Assembly: GCA_964595645.1 (NCBI GenBank)
Contig: CAZQQT010000011.1
Location: forward strand, 2,064 to 66,063
Reading direction: 5' to 3'
DNA from: an uncultured Thermococci archaeon
GTDB lineage: Archaea > Methanobacteriota_B > Thermococci > Methanofastidiosales > B48-G16
Length of the DNA: 64,000 nt
Shown here: positions 49,216 through 57,363 of the stretch, in pieces
How the letters are laid out: the number at the start of each line of letters is the position of its first letter
Numbering within the stretch: the first letter of the stretch is position 1
Notes under the pieces: generated by a model
What the model was told of the DNA's origin: nothing
The model's database searches: none
Seen by the model: only the letters and a program-made list of their open reading frames with translations
Position numbers and translations under genes: made by a program

Positions 49216-49266
49216 TTTTATATGAATATATAAAATTTTTAGCCTACCGAAAAGCTTTTAAATACT
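49216..49266 (+). promoter_or_regulatory. Archaeal BRE/TATA-like promoter plus a GGGGGTGA ribosome-binding site upstream of the Cys-rich secreted protein gene
   Basis: tttttatatgaatatataaa and cgaaaagcttttaaata. The SD-like aagggggtga lies 8 nt before the ATG at 49319. Confidence 0.35.
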
Positions 49267-49318
49267 AACATATTACAACATAAACAGGATATTTGTCTGA
49301 AAAAGGGGGTGAAAAAAC

Positions 49319-49783
49319 ATGGATAGAAAGAAAAAAGTGGTAGGGATTGCGGTGGTACTGTTGATGGCAGTGAGTTCTATGGTGTATGCGGGAAACAAAG
49401 AGGAAAAGGGATGTCCATGCGTGAAAGAAGTGAACAATGGGTGTATTCCAGCTGAGCCTCAGATGAGTAGAGAACCAATCGAGCCTAGGGACTGTGGAAC
49501 TCGGACATATTATGAATACAGGGATTGTAAATGGAGACACGAGCCTTATGACACATGGGTGTGGCAACTATGTAGCACCCCACTTCCGCCAGCGATGCAT
49601 TGCCATTTTCTCATTGACGGAGACCGTCTATATTGTAAGAAGTACAAGGTTTGGTATGACTCGTGCTTTGGAGAAGTTATAAGGGAAGAATACAAAGGGG
49701 AAGTTATAAAAGATTCGCGCAATGTACATGTGGTAAAGAGCTATACAGACCACCCATGTTGTAAAAAAGCAGTAGAAGGCTAA
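49319..49783 (+). CDS. Small secreted Cys-rich protein (14 Cys)
   Basis: Signal peptide VVGIAVVLLMAVSSMVYAG. Multiple CxC and CC pairs. Directly precedes the ABC transporter genes. Confidence 0.5.
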   Translation: MDRKKKVVGIAVVLLMAVSSMVYAGNKEEKGCPCVKEVNNGCIPAEPQMSREPIEPRDCGTRTYYEYRDCKWRHEPYDTWVWQLCSTPLPPAMHCHFLIDGDRLYCKKYKVWYDSCFGEVIREEYKGEVIKDSRNVHVVKSYTDHPCCKKAVEG

Positions 49784-49824
49784 TGGATGCCGCTACTTTT
49801 TCCTTTTTTATTTCCTGTGGTACT

Positions 49825-50481
49825 ATGATACACCTCGAGAACGTAACAAAAATATACAATCAAGGAAAAGAAAGTGAAGTAAAAGCATTATCCGAGATCA
49901 CCTTGGAGATAGAAGAAGGACTGTTCCTCGCGGTATCGGGTCCCTCCGGCTCGGGCAAAACAACGCTCTTAAATATTATAGGGTCGTTGGACAGACCCAC
50001 GGAAGGAAAGGTGACCGTAGACGGGACGGATCTCTCCTCCCTCCAGGACAGAGCACTCTCCGAGTTCAGGAGGCATACCGTGGGGTTCATCTTCCAGCTG
50101 TACAACCTCATTCCCTCACTCACAGCCCTGGAGAACGTGACGCTCCCATTAAAACCGTATACAGAGAACGTCGAGGGAAGGGCGAGGATGGTACTGGAGG
50201 AATTGGGACTCGAAGGACGATCTAACCATCTTCCCGCCGAGCTCTCCGGAGGGGAGAGACAGCGGGTGGCCATCGCGAGAGCATTGATCACCAAGCCGAA
50301 GATACTCCTCGCAGACGAACCCACGGGGAACATCGACACGGAGACGGGGAACAAAATAGTGGATCTCCTGAAGAACTTGAACGAGGAGAGAGGAATGACC
50401 GTGGTACTCGCCTCCCACGATAGGAGAGTCGTACAAAAAGCAGAAAGAATCGTAGAGCTGAGAGATGGTGCGATCCGATGA
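49825..50481 (+). CDS. ABC transporter ATP-binding protein (MacB/LolD type)
   Basis: GPSGSGKTTLLN Walker A, LSGGERQRVAIARAL signature, ILLADEPTGNID Walker B. Confidence 0.85.
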   Translation: MIHLENVTKIYNQGKESEVKALSEITLEIEEGLFLAVSGPSGSGKTTLLNIIGSLDRPTEGKVTVDGTDLSSLQDRALSEFRRHTVGFIFQLYNLIPSLTALENVTLPLKPYTENVEGRARMVLEELGLEGRSNHLPAELSGGERQRVAIARALITKPKILLADEPTGNIDTETGNKIVDLLKNLNEERGMTVVLASHDRRVVQKAERIVELRDGAIR

Positions 50482-52979
50482 TCCTGCGCTCTTTACTCAG
50501 AAGAAAAAAGAGAGCTGCCCTCACGCTCATCGGCGTGGTACTTGCCTCTTCAGCCTTCTCCATCTTCGTGACCCTGTCGGAGAACATCTCCCTCCAGACC
50601 CAGGGGGAACTGGAGAGGAACTGGCGGTACTCCTACGATATTCTCGTGAGGCCGAAGAACTCGCTCACTCCCACAGAGAAGGAGCACGGCCTTGTTCGGC
50701 CCAACTTCCTAAGCAGTATCTACGGCGGGATCACGGTGGACCAGTGGAGAACGGTACGGGAGATCGACGGTGTGGAGGTGGCTGCTCCCATTGCAGTGAT
50801 GGGATACACCGATATTACAGTGCCTATAGGAATAGAGCTTCGGGAAGGACTATATAAAATAGAAAGATCTTGTGCCATAACAGATGGATATAAAAGGTAC
50901 GATTATCCAGAGGGACTTCTTAGACGGACAAACGAACAAGAAATTGATGGAAAAGTAGTAGGATGGGTGTATATAGCCGATGATAAGTTCATTAAAAAGT
51001 TTAAGGATCGTGAAGGAAGACACCCCGACAAAAAGTTCTATACCGTTTATAGAAAAGGCCCCCATGTAACGGGGGAGCTTTTTTCCGGATACGCAGTAGA
51101 ATATGTTATAGATTTTCTATCAGCGGCAATTGATCCAGAGGAGGAAAGTAAACTTCACAGCATCGAGGAGTCAATCGTAAAAGGGAATTTTCTAGAGAGG
51201 GCTAAGAGAGAAAAAAGGATGGGTACCAGTGGCATCCCCTTTATTGTCAATATAACTCCCTACACCGACCAAAATCTTGCTTGGAAGGCTTACAGAGTTG
51301 ATCTCCCCTCAGATGCGAGTGCACTAGCTCTAACGAAAGAAAAAGCTGAGTCCTTGCCCAGAAAATTTTTTATGAAGAAAACACTGACGAAGAAAGATGT
51401 GGCTACACGGTTTATTAATAAGCCCCTGAGAGAGATTTTCTACGTTCCGAATTGTTTTACCCATCTTCAACCTGTTGAGTATGAGTATCTATCCGATCCT
51501 ACCTTTTCCCAGAAATACGATATTCTACTGAGGGCCTTACCCCTTATATCTCTGGAAGAGAACGAAATTACCAATAGCGAACTTGGCCATGATAGACCCT
51601 TACCATTTAAACCCTTATTTGAGGGGGACTGGTTGGTGCCTACAAATACTTACCTTCCAAAGAATGTAGGCCTATTCGATATAACGAAGATCCCCGCACC
51701 AAAGGTAAAAGGAATCCCCACCCCTCTCTACACTCCCCCCACGGTGACACTGAAGTACGACGAAAACAAGAACCCCATCGATCCCGTGAAGCTTAACCCC
51801 ACCGATCCGCAGGGCTACATCACCGAGCCCCCCTTCATGCTCACCACCATCGAAGGGGCGAGAAAGATCGTGGGCGACGACTGTATCAGTGCCATTCGAG
51901 TGAGGGTCTCGGGTATCGAGGAGATCAACGAGGAATCATTTAAGAAAATTAAAAAGATCGCCAGAGAGATCGCACAAAGCACGGATCTCCACGTGGACAT
52001 CATGGTGGGATCCTCGCCGAAAGAAGTGCTGGTCCACCTGCCAGGTCTCGGCTACGCCGAGGAGCAGTGGGTGGAGAAGGGGGTCACCGTGGAGATCTTC
52101 AAGTACACAAAAACATCCACCCTCCTCATCTTCTCCGTCTGCCTCGTGGTATCGTCGCTCTTCATTCTTAGTACAATGCTGATCTCGACGCAGTACAGGA
52201 GGAAGGAGATAGGTCTCCTGAAAAGTATCGGCTGGTACAACGCGACCGTCTTCAGCACGATACTCGGAGAGTCCCTCCTTCTCGGGGTGGTGGGCGGGGG
52301 CATCGGCATCGGTCTCACCGTCGTGTTACGCGTGCTCGATCTCCTCATCCCACTATCGAGGGTACTCCTCATCCTCCCCATCGCCGTGCTGCTCTCGGTA
52401 CTGGGAGGGCTGTACCCCGCGTACAACGCGGCACGGATGGATTCGGTAAAAACGCTGCGAGAAAAGGACGATACAAAAAAGAGGAAAGTCCCGGTGCTCA
52501 TCTGCATCGCGGTGTCCACCGCCCTCCTCTCCGTGCTACTCTTAACGACCATGAACCTCGAGAACGTCCTGGAAGGGACGATCCTCGGAGAGAGGATCTC
52601 GGTGACCGTAGGGAAATACCACTACCTCTCCGTGGGTGTCTGTCTCGTGCTCTCCTCGCTTGCGGTAGGAGATGTGATCTCGAGAACCGTGTATGAACGA
52701 AAAAGGGAGATAGGTCTCCTGAAGAGCATCGGCTGGTACACCGGGGACATCGCAACACAGTTTCTCGCCGAGGCAGTGGTACTCGGTGGTGCCGGAGGTG
52801 TGATAGGTGTCCTCGCCGGCTGTACCGTGTACAGCGTGGTGTCTCAAGCATCCCTCCGAAGTCTCCTCATCACCGTTGCCATCGGTATCTCTGTCTCGCT
52901 CGTGGTCAGTGTTCTCTCCTCCCTCTACCCTGTGAGGAGGATCGCTGGAATACTACCCGCTGAGGCAATGAGGAGGTGA
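50478..52979 (+). CDS. ABC transporter permease with duplicated FtsX domains and a large extracytoplasmic domain
   Basis: N-terminal TM, a ~450-aa loop, then two FtsX-like 4-TM modules (LLKSIGWY motif appears twice). The 3' half is conspicuously GC-rich. Confidence 0.75.
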   Translation: MILRSLLRRKKRAALTLIGVVLASSAFSIFVTLSENISLQTQGELERNWRYSYDILVRPKNSLTPTEKEHGLVRPNFLSSIYGGITVDQWRTVREIDGVEVAAPIAVMGYTDITVPIGIELREGLYKIERSCAITDGYKRYDYPEGLLRRTNEQEIDGKVVGWVYIADDKFIKKFKDREGRHPDKKFYTVYRKGPHVTGELFSGYAVEYVIDFLSAAIDPEEESKLHSIEESIVKGNFLERAKREKRMGTSGIPFIVNITPYTDQNLAWKAYRVDLPSDASALALTKEKAESLPRKFFMKKTLTKKDVATRFINKPLREIFYVPNCFTHLQPVEYEYLSDPTFSQKYDILLRALPLISLEENEITNSELGHDRPLPFKPLFEGDWLVPTNTYLPKNVGLFDITKIPAPKVKGIPTPLYTPPTVTLKYDENKNPIDPVKLNPTDPQGYITEPPFMLTTIEGARKIVGDDCISAIRVRVSGIEEINEESFKKIKKIAREIAQSTDLHVDIMVGSSPKEVLVHLPGLGYAEEQWVEKGVTVEIFKYTKTSTLLIFSVCLVVSSLFILSTMLISTQYRRKEIGLLKSIGWYNATVFSTILGESLLLGVVGGGIGIGLTVVLRVLDLLIPLSRVLLILPIAVLLSVLGGLYPAYNAARMDSVKTLREKDDTKKRKVPVLICIAVSTALLSVLLLTTMNLENVLEGTILGERISVTVGKYHYLSVGVCLVLSSLAVGDVISRTVYERKREIGLLKSIGWYTGDIATQFLAEAVVLGGAGGVIGVLAGCTVYSVVSQASLRSLLITVAIGISVSLVVSVLSSLYPVRRIAGILPAEAMRR

Positions 52980-53001
52980 AAAGTTGGGGGATTGAAGGAA
53001 T

Positions 53002-53943
53002 TCACTCTTCTATCTCCACAATCTTCTTTATCAACGCCGGATCGTCAGGAAGCAATCCTGTTTTGGGCAATCGCCCCACAAAGTTACGCCATCTCGGCTC
53101 TTTTTTGAATACATCGGCAAAGATTGGCTTTGCCTCGTCAAATTTTCCTGCAGATACAAGAGAAACTGCCTGCCAGAAGGGAAGCTCCACAATTTCAGGC
53201 GCCAGTGAAGCAGCTGTTCCGTACTCCTCATTCGCCTCTGCAATGTTTCCTTCAGCAGCAAGATCGTCTCCTCGACTTGCATGTTCGTATGCTCGATTCA
53301 GTTGAAGCAGCCGCCGAAGCTCAGTAAGCGGCTCTTTGTGATCTTCCACACGGAGATCGAATCGCCGATCTGCCCACGATTTTCCTGTAGCGTCTCCACG
53401 AACGACAAGAAGTGCTGCAGACTGTTTTCCACGGGCATCTCCTCCTTCTCCCTGTGCGGCCTCAAGTGCGGTCATGATACGTTCGGCAAGATCGCCGTCA
53501 CAAGTTTCAAATACCGCCTTCATCGCAGGCCAGACGGTATCCTTCGCCATCATGTTCGCCTGGACGGAGAAGTTCTCTCCCTCTGCATGACCTGCTTCAG
53601 CAACACATCGGGATCCCGTGTGTACTGCTGTACTTCCCTCTGCATCTATCATTGCTACCTGTCGGGTTTCTTTTTGGGAATCAGCTGCCAAAAGTGCATC
53701 CAACGTTTCCTGTGCAGATTTTCCAGTACGCATAAGTGTGAGCCCCAACGGACCGTAGGAAGGCTCTACGAAGGACTGTGTAGCCACCGCACCAATTTCT
53801 ACCTCTGCCCACGGTACCGCAGACCCCACTGAAAACCAGTGCGACTGCACGCCTACACCGTACTCTCCTGTCTTCGGATCGTACGCCACAATAGAGTACG
53901 TGGCAACTGGACGATGGAACCTATTCTTTCCATTCTCTCTCAT
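53002..53943 (-). CDS. DUF1028-family (Ntn-hydrolase-like) protein
   Basis: N-terminal ATYSIVAYD after the start, matching the DUF1028 TFSIVA pattern. GC-rich. Confidence 0.6.
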   Translation of the reverse strand: MRENGKNRFHRPVATYSIVAYDPKTGEYGVGVQSHWFSVGSAVPWAEVEIGAVATQSFVEPSYGPLGLTLMRTGKSAQETLDALLAADSQKETRQVAMIDAEGSTAVHTGSRCVAEAGHAEGENFSVQANMMAKDTVWPAMKAVFETCDGDLAERIMTALEAAQGEGGDARGKQSAALLVVRGDATGKSWADRRFDLRVEDHKEPLTELRRLLQLNRAYEHASRGDDLAAEGNIAEANEEYGTAASLAPEIVELPFWQAVSLVSAGKFDEAKPIFADVFKKEPRWRNFVGRLPKTGLLPDDPALIKKIVEIEE

Positions 53944-53994
53944 ATATACACCCTCACTTCTTTTTATGGTCTTTGTACATAAATGTTTCTGTCG

Positions 53995-54675
53995 TTACCG
54001 TACTTCCGTGTCTACATACGGCTGTAGAATCTCCGCAAACTGCTGCAATACGTGAGGTGGATATGGAGCTATTTCCTCAAATTTTGGGTCCAGTGTGTTT
54101 TTCGGCACAAACTGCTGTAAATAGTACTTTCTTGCATTGTTGATGAGCTTCCCAATATTCTCAGCGATTGTTGCGTTGTAAAACGGAGGAACAACAGTTG
54201 TTCTAAACTCATATGCGATATCGGAACTCTTCAAAATGTCTATCGATTCTTCTATTACTGCAGTGTCCACCTCTACTCCTGCAGCTTCAGAGTATGCCTC
54301 CAGATCCGATTTTATATCCATGGAGACATAGTCCAAGAGTTCCTGGTCCAGCAGATTCCGAAGCATTGAGGGATTGCTCCCATTGGTGTCCAGCTTCACT
54401 AACAGCGAGATCTCCCTTATTCTCGTAATGAGATCGGGGAGATCGTTGTAGATAGTGGGCTCACCTCCTGTAATCACCACCCCGTCGATATACTTTTTTC
54501 TCGCCGCAAGTTGGTGAAGTATTTCTTCTTCATCCAGCGGAGGAAGCGTGTCCAGTACAAGATCTCTGTTATGGCAGTACGGACAGCGGAAATTACATCT
54601 AGATAAAAAAAGAACAGAAGAGATATTTTTTGGATAGTCTATTAGTGACGTTTTCTGAAAACCAGCGATCTTCAT
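53995..54675 (-). CDS. nrdG: Anaerobic ribonucleotide reductase activating protein (radical SAM)
   Basis: SRCNFRCPYCHN cluster motif, ~226 aa. Overlaps the nrdD stop. Confidence 0.85.
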   Translation of the reverse strand: MKIAGFQKTSLIDYPKNISSVLFLSRCNFRCPYCHNRDLVLDTLPPLDEEEILHQLAARKKYIDGVVITGGEPTIYNDLPDLITRIREISLLVKLDTNGSNPSMLRNLLDQELLDYVSMDIKSDLEAYSEAAGVEVDTAVIEESIDILKSSDIAYEFRTTVVPPFYNATIAENIGKLINNARKYYLQQFVPKNTLDPKFEEIAPYPPHVLQQFAEILQPYVDTEVR

Positions 54676-56783
54676 ATACGAGCCTTCACCTTATAACGAG
54701 CATTTTCTTTGCCGAGAGCCTTCCGCTCATGGAACTCCTGCCGTTCTCTGAACTCCTCCTTCTTCCCCTTGTTCCAGTTCTTCACAGGTCTGAGGTAACC
54801 AACTACGCGCGAATATACCTCTGTTTCGCTATTACATTCGGGACATATAGGTGTTTCACCTGAAAGATACCCATGATCCTGGCATACACTGAATGTAGGC
54901 GAGATCGTGAAGTATGGGATTCCAAAGTTGTACGCAATTCTCTGTACAAGTTTTTTGCAGCTCTCTTTCGACGATACGCGCTCACCTAAGAATCCATGGA
55001 ATACAGTACCGCCGGTGTACTTTCTCTGGAGGTCCTCCTGCAGCTCCAGCGCTTCAAATATGTCATTGGTGTGCTCCACAGGAAGCTGTGTGGAGTTTGT
55101 ATAGTAGGGCTCTCTTTTGCCAGCTGTGATAATATCAGGGAACATCTCTTTGTCTATTTTTGCGAGTCGGTAGCAGGTCCCTTCGGCGGGAGTGGCCTCT
55201 AAGTTGTAGAGGTTTCCTGTTTCCTCCTGGTACTCCTTCAGTTTTTCTCGCATGAAATCGAGGACGTTCAATGCGAACGCTCTGCCTTCTTCTGACACAA
55301 TATCGACACCTAAAAAGTTCAGCAGTGCCTCATTCATCCCGACCAAGCCGATTGTAGAGAAATGGTGATCGAGATCTCCTAGATAGCGTTTGGTATAAGG
55401 CAGTAATCTCTGGTTAATGTTTGCGGTCACCGCTTCTCTTTTTATCTCCAGGGACTTCTTGGCCAGATCCATCAGGCTGCCCAGTTTCCTGAAGAACTCA
55501 TCTTCATCCTCTGCAAGATATCCAATTCTTGGTAAATTGAGCGTGACGACACCCACACTGCCAGTGGACTCACCGGCACCGAACAATCCTCCTGTTTTAT
55601 TTTTCAGGTCACGCAAATCCATCTGGAGTCTGCAGCACATCGATCGTACATCTCCCGGTTTGAGATCACTATTAAGAAAGTTCTGGAAGTAGGGAAGTCC
55701 GTACTTTGCAGTCATCTCAAAGAGATGATCAGCATTTTCAGAGTCCCAATCGAAATCATGAGAAATATTATAGGTGGGAATGGGGAAGGTGAACACCCTA
55801 TCTTTATAATCCCCCTCGTACATGACCTCCATAAATGCCTTATTGATAAGATCCATCTCTTCCTGGAAATCATCGTAGGGTTCTTCCAGGAACGTATTGC
55901 CATGGATGGCTTGCTCACCCTTGAGATCCTCAGGGACTGTCCAATCAAGGGTGAGGTTGGTAAACGGTGTCTGGCCGCCCCATCGGGACGCCACATTGAG
56001 ACTGAATATGAACTGCTGAATCCGCTGTTTCACCTTTCTGTAGGTGAGATCGTCCTTTCTCACATAGGGAGCGAGATACGTATCGAATGAAGAGAATGCC
56101 ATTGCTCCTGCCCATTCGTTCTGTAGTGTTCCTAGGAAGTTTATCATCTGTCCTAGTGCAGTGTCCATATGTTTCGCCGGTGCACTCTCTATTTTCCCTG
56201 GAACGCCGTTGAAACCTTCCATCAGCAGTTGCCGGATGCTCCAACCGGCACAGTACCCTGTGATGCCCATAGAGAGATCGTGAATATGAAACGCGCCATC
56301 CTTGTGCGCCATGGCAATCTCGGGAGGATAGACATTGTGAAGTGTGTAGTTCGCTATCACGCTGCCTCCCACATGCATCAGCAGCCCCGAAAAGGAGTAG
56401 GCGATATTACTGTTCTCATTCACGCGCCAGTCGGACTGCTTCAAATACCCTCCCATAGTCTCCTCGATATCCATTAGGAGTTTTTTTGTTTCTCTAATTT
56501 TCTTATGTTGTTCTCTATACAGAATATACGCTTTTGCTGTTCTGTAATGACCATTTTCTGTTAATACTTTTTCTACCGCATCCTGTACTTCCTCTACATG
56601 CGGTATTTTATCAGGAAATTTCTCCTCTAGAAGACGAACTACCTTTCCTGACAGTTTTTTGGAGAGTTCTCTATCATCTCCTCCAACTGCCTGTGCCGCA
56701 CTAAAAATAGCATCGGTAATCCTCTCCCGATCAAAATCCACTATTCGTCCATCTCGTTTTTCAACTTTTTCTATTTTTGACAT
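54672..56783 (-). CDS. nrdD: Anaerobic ribonucleoside-triphosphate reductase (class III)
   Basis: N-terminal ATP-cone, C-terminal Zn ribbon CPECNSETE and glycyl-radical motif RVVGYLRP. Confidence 0.9.
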   Translation of the reverse strand: MSKIEKVEKRDGRIVDFDRERITDAIFSAAQAVGGDDRELSKKLSGKVVRLLEEKFPDKIPHVEEVQDAVEKVLTENGHYRTAKAYILYREQHKKIRETKKLLMDIEETMGGYLKQSDWRVNENSNIAYSFSGLLMHVGGSVIANYTLHNVYPPEIAMAHKDGAFHIHDLSMGITGYCAGWSIRQLLMEGFNGVPGKIESAPAKHMDTALGQMINFLGTLQNEWAGAMAFSSFDTYLAPYVRKDDLTYRKVKQRIQQFIFSLNVASRWGGQTPFTNLTLDWTVPEDLKGEQAIHGNTFLEEPYDDFQEEMDLINKAFMEVMYEGDYKDRVFTFPIPTYNISHDFDWDSENADHLFEMTAKYGLPYFQNFLNSDLKPGDVRSMCCRLQMDLRDLKNKTGGLFGAGESTGSVGVVTLNLPRIGYLAEDEDEFFRKLGSLMDLAKKSLEIKREAVTANINQRLLPYTKRYLGDLDHHFSTIGLVGMNEALLNFLGVDIVSEEGRAFALNVLDFMREKLKEYQEETGNLYNLEATPAEGTCYRLAKIDKEMFPDIITAGKREPYYTNSTQLPVEHTNDIFEALELQEDLQRKYTGGTVFHGFLGERVSSKESCKKLVQRIAYNFGIPYFTISPTFSVCQDHGYLSGETPICPECNSETEVYSRVVGYLRPVKNWNKGKKEEFRERQEFHERKALGKENARYKVKARI

Positions 56784-56784
56784 A

Positions 56785-57234
56785 TTACTCCACCTTTAAT
56801 TTCTTTAATTCTTCCTCAAATGAGCGTAAATCCTGAAATTCCTTACACACAGACGCAAACCGTACATAGGCCACATCATCCAATTCTTTTAATTTCTTCA
56901 TTACGATATTCCCAATGGTCTTACTTTCTATTTTGCTTTTTCCAAGCTCTTGAAGCTCGTTCTCTACCTCATCAACAAACTTTTCGATCTCTTCCTCTGA
57001 GACCGGACGTTTCTCGCATGCCTTCTTGATGCCGAGCGCAAGTTTGTCCCGGTGATACTGTTCCTCTCGCCCATCCTTTTTCACTACAGCAAATCTCCTT
57101 TCTATTCTCTCATACGTGGTAAATCGTTTACTACATTTTATGCATTCTCTCCTTCTTCTTACAAAGCTACCATTTTCGCTTTCTCTGGTATCTACCACTT
57201 TTGTTTCGCCGTAGGAGCAGTAAGGACACTTCAT
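56785..57234 (-). CDS. nrdR: Transcriptional repressor NrdR
   Basis: MKCPYCSYGETKVVDTRE...CIKCSKRFTTYERIE zinc ribbon plus ATP-cone. Start set at the internal MKCPYC. Confidence 0.85.
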   Translation of the reverse strand: MKCPYCSYGETKVVDTRESENGSFVRRRRECIKCSKRFTTYERIERRFAVVKKDGREEQYHRDKLALGIKKACEKRPVSEEEIEKFVDEVENELQELGKSKIESKTIGNIVMKKLKELDDVAYVRFASVCKEFQDLRSFEEELKKLKVE

Positions 57235-57270
57235 TCCACCACAACATATAGTATTGCAATACAATTTAAT

Positions 57271-57286
57271 ACACTATATATAGTTT
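57271..57286. promoter_or_regulatory. Candidate NrdR box overlapping the TATA element of the nrdR-nrdD-nrdG operon
   Basis: acactatatatagttt matches the bacterial NrdR-box consensus acaCwAtATaTwGtgt at 14 of 16 positions. It lies ~40-50 nt upstream of the nrdR ATG. Confidence 0.35.
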
Positions 57287-57363
57287 TTTACTCCTTTAAA
57301 AACTTTTCTATATACCTTAAAAACGTACGAATCGAATGCTTCAAAAGAAACATATAATGAGAT

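Noticed and set aside
52052-52851. Arg/Pro-rich minus-strand ORFs (166, 117 and 101 aa)
   Set aside because: These are antisense artefacts of the GC-rich ABC permease gene. The composition is typical of spurious high-GC frames.
53124-53832. Cys-rich 183-aa plus-strand ORF and a 67-aa neighbour
   Set aside because: Antisense to the DUF1028 gene, which has a convincing N-terminal family motif.
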